Part shown: in pieces, positions 1 through 10,166 of the stretch
Numbering within the stretch: the stretch's first letter is position 1
Layout: each line of letters begins with the position of its first letter
From: a virus
Taxonomy: Duplodnaviria > Caudoviricetes
Direction: 5' to 3' (one strand)
Length of the DNA: 64,000 nt
IMG/VR virus record: IMGVR_UViG_3300028591_000142
Coordinates: 34,301 to 98,300 of that record
Program-made: the position numbers and the translations under genes
The notes under the pieces: model-generated
Told to the model about the DNA's origin: nothing
Database searches by the model: none
What the model saw: only the letters and a program-made list of their open reading frames with translations

Positions 1-77
1 CGAAGCTACCCTGAGTGGATTTGAATATATAACAGATATATCTAAAGGTATTCATCTTAATACCGAACCAAGTATTT

Positions 78-479
78 GTGAGAAGAATAACGAGTTACAC
101 TATGTGTAAAAGGAGAATAAAAATGAGTAAAAGAATAACACATATTGATGATATCGAAGCAAGAGCTTATAGGGAAGGATATGATGAGGGCTGGGGTAGA
201 GCTAAAGAAATCTTTGGTACCCACGAGATACTTGGCGGAGGTTCAAAAAGATATGTTTGTCTTGATGATATTTTAAAATTTCCTATCCGCGAAGACCATT
301 GTGATAAGAAAAACGGAAGTCAGGAATTTATAAATGGGATAGAAACGGTTTTTGAATACATAGAGTGTCTCCCAGTTTTTGAAATTGATATTAATAACAT
401 ACAAGATACATACGATAAAGGCTGGAGCGATGGTTTTGATTTTGCCTTGTATTTGGATGAGTCAGACAAAAGCATATAA
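78..479 (+). CDS. Hypothetical phage protein (likely start ATG at 123)
   Basis: ORF with AGGAG RBS before ATG 123; repeated Y-x-x-G-[YW]-x-x-G motif. Confidence 0.6.
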   Translation: MRRITSYTMCKRRIKMSKRITHIDDIEARAYREGYDEGWGRAKEIFGTHEILGGGSKRYVCLDDILKFPIREDHCDKKNGSQEFINGIETVFEYIECLPVFEIDINNIQDTYDKGWSDGFDFALYLDESDKSI

Positions 480-569
480 ATTATTTTATTTAGTAAAACA
501 AGGGTGGATTTTTGATGACGATTGTAAATAAAACTACGGTTTTATAAATAAATGAAAGCGAGGAATTAA

Positions 570-1274
570 ATGAAATTTACAGACACAAAAGAATTAAGCC
601 TTGCCGAAAAGATTTTTATCATTCAGACATACTGTGATGTTGTAAAGAAAGATAAGAAAGGTTACAACTACAACTATTCTGATATTGAAAAAATTCTTGC
701 CACGGTAACGGCTTATATGCAGAAGTACAGAGTGGATTTATATCCGTCTATTGTACCAGGAACAACAAACGTTCAACAGGTAACTTTGGCAAATACGAAG
801 TTTGACAGAACCGGTAAGCAGTACACAGAAACCAAAACAGAAATGATGGTCAGCGCGGATATGGTTTTCACGTGGGTAAATCTTGATAACACAGAAGAAC
901 GTATGGATGTTCCGTGGACGATTATTGGTATGCAATCAGACCCGTCACAGGCATTTGGTTCAGCGTTAACTTATTGTACAAGGTACTTCCTTACTAACTA
1001 CTTTAAGATTGCACAGACAGAAAAAGATGTTGATGCATATCGTAGCGCTCAGAAAGCTGCAGCGGCAACAGAAGATAGGCAAATAGCCGAAAGTATTATT
1101 AATGAATTTGACGGTTTAATAAAGGACTATCTTGCAAAGCACGCAGACAAAGCAGATGATATGAAGAGGTTTATAAGCAAGTACGTCAAGGATTCAGATT
1201 ATTTTAAGATTAAAGACCCGGCGTTGGCTTCAAAATTATTACAGGATTTTAATGAATTAATCAAAGGAGAGTAA
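570..1274 (+). CDS. ERF-family single-strand annealing protein
   Basis: ERF signature QAFGSALTYCTRY plus N-terminal GYNYNYSD; lies next to SSB. Confidence 0.85.
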   Translation: MKFTDTKELSLAEKIFIIQTYCDVVKKDKKGYNYNYSDIEKILATVTAYMQKYRVDLYPSIVPGTTNVQQVTLANTKFDRTGKQYTETKTEMMVSADMVFTWVNLDNTEERMDVPWTIIGMQSDPSQAFGSALTYCTRYFLTNYFKIAQTEKDVDAYRSAQKAAAATEDRQIAESIINEFDGLIKDYLAKHADKADDMKRFISKYVKDSDYFKIKDPALASKLLQDFNELIKGE

Positions 1275-1275
1275 A

Positions 1276-1671
1276 ATGGGTTTTAGAAACGATACATACG
1301 CAACAGTATGGGAAGTAGATGTAAAGTCAGATACTTTTACAACAGGCAGGATTTCAATCAGCCATAAGAACAAGAATACGGGTGAATATGAAACAGACTT
1401 CAGCTCATATGTTTGTTTCGTTGGCTCAGCAACGAGTAAAAAGGCGGGTTCTCTCGCACCTAAATCACGCATTAAACTTAAGTCTGTTGATGTAACTAAT
1501 AAATTTAACAAAGATACAAGGGAAAATTTTTACAGTTTTAAGATTTATGATTTTGAGGTCGTTGATAATAACGGCTCCGCACCCACCACGGTAAGAGATG
1601 CGGCGAGTGAGTTAGAGTTTTCCGTTGAGTCAAACGAAGAGGATGGCGGTAACAACCAACTTCCGTTTTAA
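1276..1671 (+). CDS. ssb: Single-stranded DNA-binding protein
   Basis: OB-fold-like sequence (KNKNTGEYETDF) and acidic tail ending LPF. Confidence 0.8.
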   Translation: MGFRNDTYATVWEVDVKSDTFTTGRISISHKNKNTGEYETDFSSYVCFVGSATSKKAGSLAPKSRIKLKSVDVTNKFNKDTRENFYSFKIYDFEVVDNNGSAPTTVRDAASELEFSVESNEEDGGNNQLPF

Positions 1672-1685
1672 ATAAGAGTTGATTA

Positions 1686-1714
1686 AAGCCGGTAGTTAAT
1701 GCGGCTACCGGCTT
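1686..1714 (+). terminator. Stem-loop after ssb
   Basis: AAGCCGGTAG...CTACCGGCTT inverted repeat; no clear U-tract. Confidence 0.45.
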
Positions 1715-1734
1715 AGAATAAAGGAGAATATATT

Positions 1735-1932
1735 ATGAAGTGTAACAAATGCGGAACCGAAATGGTTAAGGTTTTTTCGTTTGAAGAAGAAAACCTCCAG
1801 AAAATGATGTGCCCAAACTGCGGTGCGTCCACAAAAGGTCAACCTATCGAATATGATAGCGAAACCGGAGATGTGGTTTTGAGAAAGCCGAAGCGTCAGC
1901 ACCCTAAGAAAAGGGGTAAGGTAAATGAATAA
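1735..1932 (+). CDS. Small zinc-ribbon protein
   Basis: CNKC...CPNC; AAGGAG RBS. Confidence 0.7.
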   Translation: MKCNKCGTEMVKVFSFEEENLQKMMCPNCGASTKGQPIEYDSETGDVVLRKPKRQHPKKRGKVNE

Positions 1933-2512
1933 GTTGAACGGTTTACATACTTGGTTTTCAAAATCAGAGAATTTAAAGCTATTAGCCATAGTTTTTGCGG
2001 TCATTGCAGCGATATGTTTGCTTTTAATATTTGGCTTTAATGGAGTTAAAAACTCTGCGATTTCCCTGGAAGAGCAAATAATGTCTGCTCAATCTGATAT
2101 AAACGTACAGGAAAAGCGAAGAGCGGATTTATTACCTAATCTTGCCGATTGTGTAAAACAGTATGATAAACACGAATACGAAACACTTGTTGATATTATT
2201 GAAAAGAGAAATCTTAATAACGACAGTTCGGCTGAAGACGTTATGTTAATTGTTAACGCTGTGGCTGAAAACTATCCGGAATTAAAGAGCAATGAGAATT
2301 ACAAGGAGTTAATGAAGGAATTGTCAGTTACGGAAAATCTGATTTCAAACTACAGAACAAGTTTTAATAAATGGGTTAAAAAATATAATCAGTATGTCAG
2401 AAAATTTCCTAATAAGCAAATACTATCAATGCTTAATTACGAAGTAATAGATTATAAATACTTGGATTATAATTCTTCGGCTGACGCTCCGACAAATTTG
2501 TTCGGCAATTAA
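1925..2512 (+). CDS. lemA: LemA-family membrane protein
   Basis: N-terminal TM segment; KRRADLLPNL, ENYPELKSNENY, YNQYVRKFP motifs. Confidence 0.88.
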   Translation: MNKLNGLHTWFSKSENLKLLAIVFAVIAAICLLLIFGFNGVKNSAISLEEQIMSAQSDINVQEKRRADLLPNLADCVKQYDKHEYETLVDIIEKRNLNNDSSAEDVMLIVNAVAENYPELKSNENYKELMKELSVTENLISNYRTSFNKWVKKYNQYVRKFPNKQILSMLNYEVIDYKYLDYNSSADAPTNLFGN

Positions 2513-2516
2513 CAAT

Positions 2517-3242
2517 ATGGAGATAACTAAACGAGAGGTATTAGTAAGTCTTGTAATAGTGTCTGTTCTTCTCATTGTGGGATTTTTAATAGGCGGAAAA
2601 ATCAATGAACATCATATGGAAAAAGTCCAAGAATATAACACGGCTTTACAGATAGATAATAACAGAGACTTATTTGAGTATGGGATGAAGACTAACGTAG
2701 GACGAGCGTTTGTTTACGGGACTTTACAAGCCTTAGACCCAGTATCGTATGATGAAGTTGACGGAGAGTATTCTTCGATTAAGAAAGTTAAAGAACGATA
2801 TACGAGACACACAAGAACCGTTACAAAGACGAGAACAGTAGACGGGAAAACCGAGACGTACACGGAAGAAGAAGTATATTATTCTTGGGATTATGTTAGT
2901 CACGAAGAAACACACGCAACAAAAATATCCTTTATAGATGTTGAATTCCCGTATGGAACAATAAACTTCCCGGAACGTAAACACATAAAGACAAAACAAG
3001 TGAGTTCAACAATTCGTTATGTATATTCTGGAGCACCCGTTAAATGTGAGGGTACGATTTACGCTATACTAAAAAACAACACGATAAGTGATGTCTCAAT
3101 GAACCATTATTGTAATATCGAAGACACACTTGAAAGTTATAACCAAAACTTTGCGGTAGTTGTGTTCTGGATACTTTGGATTTTCTTACTCATCGTATCT
3201 GTTATCGGGTTTTTATACCTTGATAATTATTGGCTTGACTAA
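2517..3242 (+). CDS. Membrane protein with N- and C-terminal TM segments (LemA neighbour)
   Basis: Two hydrophobic ends around a beta-rich soluble domain. Confidence 0.7.
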   Translation: MEITKREVLVSLVIVSVLLIVGFLIGGKINEHHMEKVQEYNTALQIDNNRDLFEYGMKTNVGRAFVYGTLQALDPVSYDEVDGEYSSIKKVKERYTRHTRTVTKTRTVDGKTETYTEEEVYYSWDYVSHEETHATKISFIDVEFPYGTINFPERKHIKTKQVSSTIRYVYSGAPVKCEGTIYAILKNNTISDVSMNHYCNIEDTLESYNQNFAVVVFWILWIFLLIVSVIGFLYLDNYWLD

Positions 3243-3250
3243 GGAGTGAA

Positions 3251-4033
3251 ATGGAAAAATCAATTTTAAGTTATAAACCTTTTTATGACGAAATGGTTTG
3301 GAGTAACTCAAGGGTACAGTGCTACAGAGATTGTCCGTATCAGTTTTATATGAAATACATAGGTAAAAATGACGAGCAACCGCAGTTTTACAAATCATTT
3401 GGGCTGTTTATGCACAAGATAATTGAGCAGTATTACACGCAGGGCTTATCAAAGAGTGATATGAAAATAAAGTTCCTGGTCAATTATCAAAAAGAGGTTT
3501 TGGGTCAAAGACCGAGCGCATCTATATCTCAAAAATATATAGAAGATGCTCTTAAATACCTTGAGACATTCGAGCCGCTGCCATTTAATATGTTAGCAGT
3601 GGAAAAGAGAGTGGAGTTTAAGGTTGGAGACAAAAACTGTGTAGGTATTATAGACTATCTCGGAGAAAAGGACGGTAATCTATATATAGTTGACCATAAA
3701 TCCAGAAGATTAAAACAGAAGAGTAACAGAAAGAAACCTACGAAAAATGACTTGACTATTGACGACACTCTTAAACAACTTTACCTATATTCAAAGGCAA
3801 TAAAAGACGAGTATGGGGTTTTCCCAAAGGCGTTATATTTAAATTGCTTTTTAAACAGAGAGCTAATTGAACAACCTTTCGATGTAGATATTTATAATAA
3901 GGTTTTAGAAGAATTTGTGTCAGACATTAATTATATCTCAGAAGATAATGATTTTAATCCTTATGTAGAATTTTTTAATTGCAAGTATCTATGTGGGTTT
4001 AGCTCAGATTGTTGTTATTTTAACGGGAGGTGA
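3251..4033 (+). CDS. PD-(D/E)XK Cas4/RecB-like exonuclease
   Basis: GIIDYL...IVDHKS and QLYLY motifs; N-terminal CP and C-terminal CxxxC...C cysteines. Confidence 0.85.
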   Translation: MEKSILSYKPFYDEMVWSNSRVQCYRDCPYQFYMKYIGKNDEQPQFYKSFGLFMHKIIEQYYTQGLSKSDMKIKFLVNYQKEVLGQRPSASISQKYIEDALKYLETFEPLPFNMLAVEKRVEFKVGDKNCVGIIDYLGEKDGNLYIVDHKSRRLKQKSNRKKPTKNDLTIDDTLKQLYLYSKAIKDEYGVFPKALYLNCFLNRELIEQPFDVDIYNKVLEEFVSDINYISEDNDFNPYVEFFNCKYLCGFSSDCCYFNGR

Positions 4034-4041
4034 CATAATAT

Positions 4042-5370
4042 TTGAAAGCAGAAGATATCAATAGCTTAGAGAGCGAGTCCGGTATTATAGCTTCGCTTAT
4101 ACATAATCCGGAATGGTGTTTTTACTCAGAATTTCTGCTCCCGAATCATTTTGTAAACAAAGAAAACAGGTGTGTATATACTGCGATATGTGACTTGGCT
4201 TGTAAAGGGATAAGCACAGTCGACCCGTATAATATACTTGAGGATTTAGCCTCATCTGAGGCGACAAGGAAATACGCAGACGAATTGTCTGTAGAAAAGC
4301 TACAAGAACTCGTTGAAATGAGCGATGTTTTGGCGAGGGGCTCGGTAGAAGAATATAATTTGTTGGTTTCTAACGTTCTTGACGCAGCTTTTAGACGAGA
4401 TGCGTTTCAAGTTTTAAAAGAAGCACAGGCGTTATGTTGCGACAGGACGCAGAAAGATATCCAAAACCGTATTTACTCGCTTGTTGATGGAGTAATGACG
4501 GAATTTTCCACAACAAATGATATTCCGCAGTTTAAAGATGTCATTGATGAAAAGTGGGCGGAAATACAGGCAAGACAGAAAGAGGGTTTTGCCGGAATCC
4601 CGTTCAAGTTTCCCACGCTCAATGAGTATGCAACCATAGAGCCTGGAGAATTGTTTATTTTTGCCGCAGAAGCAAAGCAGGGTAAATCAATGTTGCTTCT
4701 GAACTGCGCGATGGACTTATTAAAGAAAGATGTTGCGGTTCTTTATCTTGATAGTGAACTTAATACAAGATTATTTACAGCAAGAGTGCTTGCGCACCTC
4801 ACAGGCATAGAATACAGGAGATTAACCTGCGGAAATTATAGTGACGAAGAGGGTAGGAAGATTAATGAGGCTATCAGGTGGCTGAAAACAAGGAAATTTA
4901 CGCATATTTACATACCGATGTTTGACCAGCAGAGTATTTTTACAGCAGTAAAGAAAGTAAAACATACTCAAGGCTTAGATGTGCTTATCGTTGACTACTT
5001 TAAGGGCTCCGGGGACGGAGACGCATTCGATTCATATCAAGAACTTGGACGGTTCGTTGATATGGTAAAGAATAAGATATGTGGCGATATGAATATCTGC
5101 GGTATCGGTGCCGCACAAGCCACAGTCAATGGTAAAATAGCGGATTCAGCCAAGATAGGAAGAAATGCGAGTACAATTGCATATATTCTTGATAAAACAC
5201 AGGAAGAAATTGAGGCAGACGGAGTTGAATGTGGTAATAAAAAGCTCAGAGTTGCATTAAATCGTAATGGAATGCAAATGGCGTCAGGAGAATATATAGA
5301 TTTGTTCTTTGACGGCAATCACGTTATGTACCAAGAGGCTAAACAACACATTCCGCAGTCTCCTTATTGA
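4042..5370 (+). CDS. dnaB: Replicative DNA helicase (DnaB-like), TTG start
   Basis: Walker A AEAKQGKS, YLDSEL, LIVDY motifs. Confidence 0.9.
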   Translation: MKAEDINSLESESGIIASLIHNPEWCFYSEFLLPNHFVNKENRCVYTAICDLACKGISTVDPYNILEDLASSEATRKYADELSVEKLQELVEMSDVLARGSVEEYNLLVSNVLDAAFRRDAFQVLKEAQALCCDRTQKDIQNRIYSLVDGVMTEFSTTNDIPQFKDVIDEKWAEIQARQKEGFAGIPFKFPTLNEYATIEPGELFIFAAEAKQGKSMLLLNCAMDLLKKDVAVLYLDSELNTRLFTARVLAHLTGIEYRRLTCGNYSDEEGRKINEAIRWLKTRKFTHIYIPMFDQQSIFTAVKKVKHTQGLDVLIVDYFKGSGDGDAFDSYQELGRFVDMVKNKICGDMNICGIGAAQATVNGKIADSAKIGRNASTIAYILDKTQEEIEADGVECGNKKLRVALNRNGMQMASGEYIDLFFDGNHVMYQEAKQHIPQSPY

Positions 5371-5412
5371 TAATCAATACTAAAATACAAAACGCAACTG
5401 AAGGGAGTAACA

Positions 5413-6396
5413 ATGGACTTAGAAGGTTTAATACAAAGCATTGATATTGTTGAGTATATCTCTCAGTTTGTTGACCTCGTTCAGCGCGGAGAAGAATGGT
5501 GGGGTTTGAGCTGTTTCAAAGACGAAAAAACTCCTTCGTTTTCAGTAAGACAGCATCCCCCGGTGTTCTTCGACTATAGTTCTGGCATTGGTGGTAATGT
5601 TTTTACATTTACAAAGCATTACTACAACTGTTCTGGACGAGAAGCAATAGAAATTCTTAAGAATTACTGTGGAATGACCGGTCTTGACGTTGTACCAAGA
5701 CACAAAATGGCCGCAACAACCACTTGTAAGAGATTCGCGCCAAGAAAATCAACGTCAAAACCCTCCACAGCAACCATTTTACCAGACAACTATATGGAAA
5801 AGTACGAAAAACGTGACGACAAACTGGTTGTTTGGGAAAACGAGGGTATATCAAGAGAGTCTCTTGATAAATTTCAGGTTTATTACGACAGTTTTTCTGA
5901 CAGATTGGTATATCCAATAAGAAATATTGACGGAAAAATAGTGAACATAGGTGGTAGGGCGCTCGACCCGGAGTGGAAAGAGAAAAAAATGAGAAAATAT
6001 ACGTATTTTTACTCTTGGGGAACGATAGATACTATCTATGGAGTCGCTGAAAACCTACAAAGCATAAAAGATAAACAAGAAATTATCTTGTTTGAAGGGT
6101 GTAAGAGTGTTTTGGTCGCTGATACGTGGGGAATACACAATTGTGGCGCAATCCTCACGTCACATCTTAACCCTAATCAGATGAAAATACTTGCAAAACT
6201 TGGTTGTAGGGTGGTCTTTGCTCTCGACAAGGACGTAAGAATTAAAGACGACCACAATATTGCTAAATTAAAGCAATATGTAAACGTAGAATATATCTGG
6301 GATTACAGAGACCTGCTTGACGAAAAGGATGCGCCTGTAGATAAAGGCAGAGATGTATTTCTTAAGCTCTACGATAGCAGACTTAAATATAAATAG
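5413..6396 (+). CDS. dnaG: DNA primase (DnaG-like)
   Basis: DEKTPSFSV, RLVYPIRN..GGR, Toprim EG and DKD motifs. Confidence 0.88.
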   Translation: MDLEGLIQSIDIVEYISQFVDLVQRGEEWWGLSCFKDEKTPSFSVRQHPPVFFDYSSGIGGNVFTFTKHYYNCSGREAIEILKNYCGMTGLDVVPRHKMAATTTCKRFAPRKSTSKPSTATILPDNYMEKYEKRDDKLVVWENEGISRESLDKFQVYYDSFSDRLVYPIRNIDGKIVNIGGRALDPEWKEKKMRKYTYFYSWGTIDTIYGVAENLQSIKDKQEIILFEGCKSVLVADTWGIHNCGAILTSHLNPNQMKILAKLGCRVVFALDKDVRIKDDHNIAKLKQYVNVEYIWDYRDLLDEKDAPVDKGRDVFLKLYDSRLKYK

Positions 6397-6418
6397 TATT
6401 AATAGGAGGTGTTTTGGG

Positions 6419-9400
6419 ATAGGAAACTACGTTATGTATCACTGTCACACAGACTATAGCCTGTTAGACAGTTGCACAAAGTATCAGGAATATATTGACT
6501 TGGCGGTAAGAGACGGTTCAAAAGCAATATCGTTCTCTGAACACGGCAAACCGTTAAACTGGACTGAAAAATGGGCAGCTTGTAAAAAAGCTGGGATAAG
6601 GTATATACATTCAGTCGAGATTTATTTAACAGAATCGCTTGACGAAAAGGTTCGAGACAATTATCACACCGTTTTAATGGCGAAAAATTTTGACGGCTTG
6701 CTTGAATTAAACAAGTTAATCAGTAAATCTTTTGATAAAGAACACTTTTATTACACAAACAGAATTAGTTTTGACGAGTTCTTACATATCTCAGATAACA
6801 TTATTTCAACAAGCGCCTGTCTCGCATCGCCGCTGAACAAACTTCCGGAAGACCACCCAATGATAATGGAACTGGCAAAAAAGTATACATTTCTTGAGGT
6901 TCAAGGTCATAATGTACCGGAACAAATTGAATTTAATAAGAAACTGTTACGGCTTTCTAAGGAGTTGAACAAACCGTTAATAGCAGGAACCGATACACAC
7001 AGTTCAAGCGCATACAAAGCAGAATGTCGTTCAATACTTTTAGAAGCAAAACACAAAAGGTATGAGGGCGAAGAGGCTTTAGACCTTTCTTACAAGACGT
7101 ATGATGAACTCGTTGATATGTTTAAGACACAGGGCGCATTACCGGAAGAAGAATATATGAAAGCGATTGAAAACACAAATCTTCTTTTGGATATGACCGA
7201 AGATATTGAACTTGATACATCAATTAAGTATCCGATACTGTATGGCTCGAGAGAGGCCGACTCCGAAATGTTTGTTAAGACGATAGAAAGAAAGTTCAAA
7301 GAAAAGCTTGACAATGGAATTATACCAAAGTCGCAAGAAGAAGCATTTAGAAATGCGATGAAAGAAGAACTTCGTGTATTCCAGAAGCTTCAAATGGACG
7401 GGTTTATGCTTTCTATGTCTGAACTTATAAGTTGGTGTAAAGAACAGGGTATGTCGATAGGCACAGCCCGTGGTTCTGTAGGCGGTTCAAGGATTGCTTA
7501 TGTGACAGATATTATAGACTTAAACCCAGAGACGTGGCACACGGTTTTCTCGAGATTCTGTAACGAAGACAGAAAAGAAATAGGCGATATTGATATCGAC
7601 TGTATTGATTCTGACAGGCCTGCAATATTCAAGTATATTGTAGACAGATTTGGTGAGGATAAGACAGCAAGAGTGGCTTCATATGGAACGCTTCAATCAA
7701 AGGCGGTTATAGACGAAATTGGACGAGCCTTATCAATACAATGGGAGAAGAAGTATCCCACTAGTGATAAAGCTGAAAACCCGTACTCGTTAGATAAAAT
7801 TAAGAAAATAAAGGCTGAGTTCGAGTCCAACCCTGAAACAACGAAAGAAAAGTACAAAGAAATCTTTTATTATTATGACGGATTGCTCGACACAAAAGTA
7901 TCACAATCCGTTCACCCCGCCGGTATGGTTATTAGTCCTATTACACTCGATGATAATATCGGAACGTTTGATAAAGAGGGCGAAAAATGTATGATGCTCG
8001 ATATGGAAAACGTTCACGACTATACCGGACTTGCAAAGTATGACTTTCTTATCCTTAAAACAGTACAGGTAATAAGGGAAACGTGTGACTATTTAGGGGA
8101 ATCGTATCCAAAAACTTACGAGATAAATTGGGACGATGAGGAAGTATGGTCTGATATGGTTAGTAATGCAATGGGATTGTTCCAATTTGAAGGGGCGTTC
8201 GCCTTTGAATGTTTAAAGCGATTTAAACCCAAAAGCATATTTGATATGTCAATTGTAACGTCTTGTATGAGACCGTCCGGTGCTTCATACAGAGATGATT
8301 TATTGGCAAGAAAAATACACAAAAACCCTTCAGAGATTATTGACGACCTGCTTAAAGACAATCTTGGTTATCTTATCTACCAAGAAGATACGATTAAATT
8401 CTTACAGCAGATATGTGGTTTGTCCGGAAGCGAAGCTGATAACATCAGACGTGCGATAGGACGAAAGCAAAAGGATAGGTTGGACGCAGCACTTCCCTCG
8501 ATTCTCGAAGGCTATTGCAATAAATCACCGAAGCCGAGAGAAGAGGCTGAGAAAGAAGCTAAAGAATTTTTACAGGTAATTGAAGATAGTGCGTCGTATC
8601 AGTTTGGCTATAACCACTCTATAGCATATTGCCTTTTAGGTTATTTGTGTGCCTATTATAGACATTATCATCCATACGAGTTTATTACTTCGTTCCTAAA
8701 TAATGCAGCGAATGAAGACGATATTGTTAACGGTACATCATACGCCGCAAAGGTTGGAATAAAAGTAACTATGCCGAAGTGGAACGTTTCTAAAGGCGAT
8801 TACTTTTACAATAAAGAAAAGGGAATTATTGCTAAGGGACTAACTTCTATTAAGTATATGGGCGAGGGTGTCGCAAATGAATTAAATGAGTTGGCTTCAA
8901 AAAAGAAATATACTAGGTTTATGGACTTACTTCTTGATTTGAACACAGAAACAACTCTTGACGCAAGACAGCTCGACATCTTGATTAAAATTGATTTCTT
9001 CTCTGAGTTTGGAAACCAGAGAGAGTTGTTAAAAATTGTTGAATTATTCAATCAGTTTAAAAAGGGCGAGGCAAAACAAATCAAAAAAGATATTGTTGAC
9101 GGAACGCCATTAGAACCGATTGTTAAGAAATACTCAATAGGTGTTACCAAGTCTGGTGGAGAAGCAAAGAGCTATACCTTGCTCGATGTTGTTTCGATAC
9201 TAAGAGAACTTGAGGAAAAGGTTAAGTCTCTGAAGATGGATGACTTGAGTGATATCTTAAAAGTCAGAAACTTTGCAGATGTAATGGGATATGTGGGATA
9301 TGTATCCGGCAAAGATTCTGACAGACCTAAATTATATGTATTAGATATTTACCAATTAAAACGTAAAGCCGATGGCAAGCAGTTTGGATATTCAATCATA

Positions 9401-9556
9401 ACTAAATCAATTGGTAGTGGCAAGGAAAGTAGGTTCACAGTACTTAACAGAGTATTTAATAAAGACCCTATTAAAAAGGGAGATATTATTCTTTGCAAGA
9501 GCTATGATTTTGACGGTAAGTATTACACATTAACTGGATATAAGAAATTGTATTAA
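6419..9556 (+). CDS. dnaE: DNA polymerase III alpha subunit (family C); start probably ATA 6419 (ORF track gives 6353)
   Basis: PHP HCHTDYS, RGSVGGS, catalytic DIDID, YQFGYNHS motifs; AGGAGGT RBS at 6404-6410. Confidence 0.93.
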   Translation: MGNYVMYHCHTDYSLLDSCTKYQEYIDLAVRDGSKAISFSEHGKPLNWTEKWAACKKAGIRYIHSVEIYLTESLDEKVRDNYHTVLMAKNFDGLLELNKLISKSFDKEHFYYTNRISFDEFLHISDNIISTSACLASPLNKLPEDHPMIMELAKKYTFLEVQGHNVPEQIEFNKKLLRLSKELNKPLIAGTDTHSSSAYKAECRSILLEAKHKRYEGEEALDLSYKTYDELVDMFKTQGALPEEEYMKAIENTNLLLDMTEDIELDTSIKYPILYGSREADSEMFVKTIERKFKEKLDNGIIPKSQEEAFRNAMKEELRVFQKLQMDGFMLSMSELISWCKEQGMSIGTARGSVGGSRIAYVTDIIDLNPETWHTVFSRFCNEDRKEIGDIDIDCIDSDRPAIFKYIVDRFGEDKTARVASYGTLQSKAVIDEIGRALSIQWEKKYPTSDKAENPYSLDKIKKIKAEFESNPETTKEKYKEIFYYYDGLLDTKVSQSVHPAGMVISPITLDDNIGTFDKEGEKCMMLDMENVHDYTGLAKYDFLILKTVQVIRETCDYLGESYPKTYEINWDDEEVWSDMVSNAMGLFQFEGAFAFECLKRFKPKSIFDMSIVTSCMRPSGASYRDDLLARKIHKNPSEIIDDLLKDNLGYLIYQEDTIKFLQQICGLSGSEADNIRRAIGRKQKDRLDAALPSILEGYCNKSPKPREEAEKEAKEFLQVIEDSASYQFGYNHSIAYCLLGYLCAYYRHYHPYEFITSFLNNAANEDDIVNGTSYAAKVGIKVTMPKWNVSKGDYFYNKEKGIIAKGLTSIKYMGEGVANELNELASKKKYTRFMDLLLDLNTETTLDARQLDILIKIDFFSEFGNQRELLKIVELFNQFKKGEAKQIKKDIVDGTPLEPIVKKYSIGVTKSGGEAKSYTLLDVVSILRELEEKVKSLKMDDLSDILKVRNFADVMGYVGYVSGKDSDRPKLYVLDIYQLKRKADGKQFGYSIITKSIGSGKESRFTVLNRVFNKDPIKKGDIILCKSYDFDGKYYTLTGYKKLY

Positions 9557-9638
9557 AAATGTGTATAAAACCGATATTTGATTAATTATCCATAAGAGTT
9601 ATTAATTGTCGGATTAATGGTTAGGCGAAAGGAGAGAA

Positions 9639-9899
9639 ATGAATAGATACATATTGTCCGATATGGGTTATGAGGATAGTGTGGTTTTTGAAAACCCGGA
9701 CTATGATAAAGCCATTATTGGTGTTTCTGATGATGACAGGGTTATATATGATTATGACAAGATGATAGAGTGTCTTGTAAGCGAAGATGATATGACAGAG
9801 GAGGAGGCCGTTGACTTTATTTCTTATAACACAATTCGTTCATTAACCTATATTCAGAATGACAAGAAACCCATTATAATGTTTAGTTTAATGGAATAA
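9639..9899 (+). CDS. Hypothetical phage protein
   Basis: ORF with AAGGAG RBS. Confidence 0.65.
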   Translation: MNRYILSDMGYEDSVVFENPDYDKAIIGVSDDDRVIYDYDKMIECLVSEDDMTEEEAVDFISYNTIRSLTYIQNDKKPIIMFSLME

Positions 9900-9929
9900 T
9901 AACTTTCAGATTAACCAGGAGGAATTATT

Positions 9930-10166
9930 ATGAAAAAGCAAATACCAAACACAAGCAAAGTAAAATGTAATATTTGTGGTAAGGAACTTGATTTTTGGGA
10001 TTTTACAGAGGACTATTCGATAAAACGTAGATTAGGATATGGAACCAAATACGATGGAGATGATTTAGAGTTACATATCTGTTGTGATTGTATGGATAAA
10101 CTAATCGACGGTTGTAAAATTTCCCCGATAACACCTGTAGATGAGGGAGAGTTATTTGCTAGATGA
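9930..10166 (+). CDS. Small Cys-rich (Zn-finger) protein
   Basis: CNIC...CCDC; AGGAGG RBS. Confidence 0.65.
   Translation: MKKQIPNTSKVKCNICGKELDFWDFTEDYSIKRRLGYGTKYDGDDLELHICCDCMDKLIDGCKISPITPVDEGELFAR

Noticed and set aside
3251-4033. Cas4 as evidence of a CRISPR-Cas system
   Set aside because: Stand-alone Cas4-like nucleases are common in phage replication modules; no cas1/cas2 or array present
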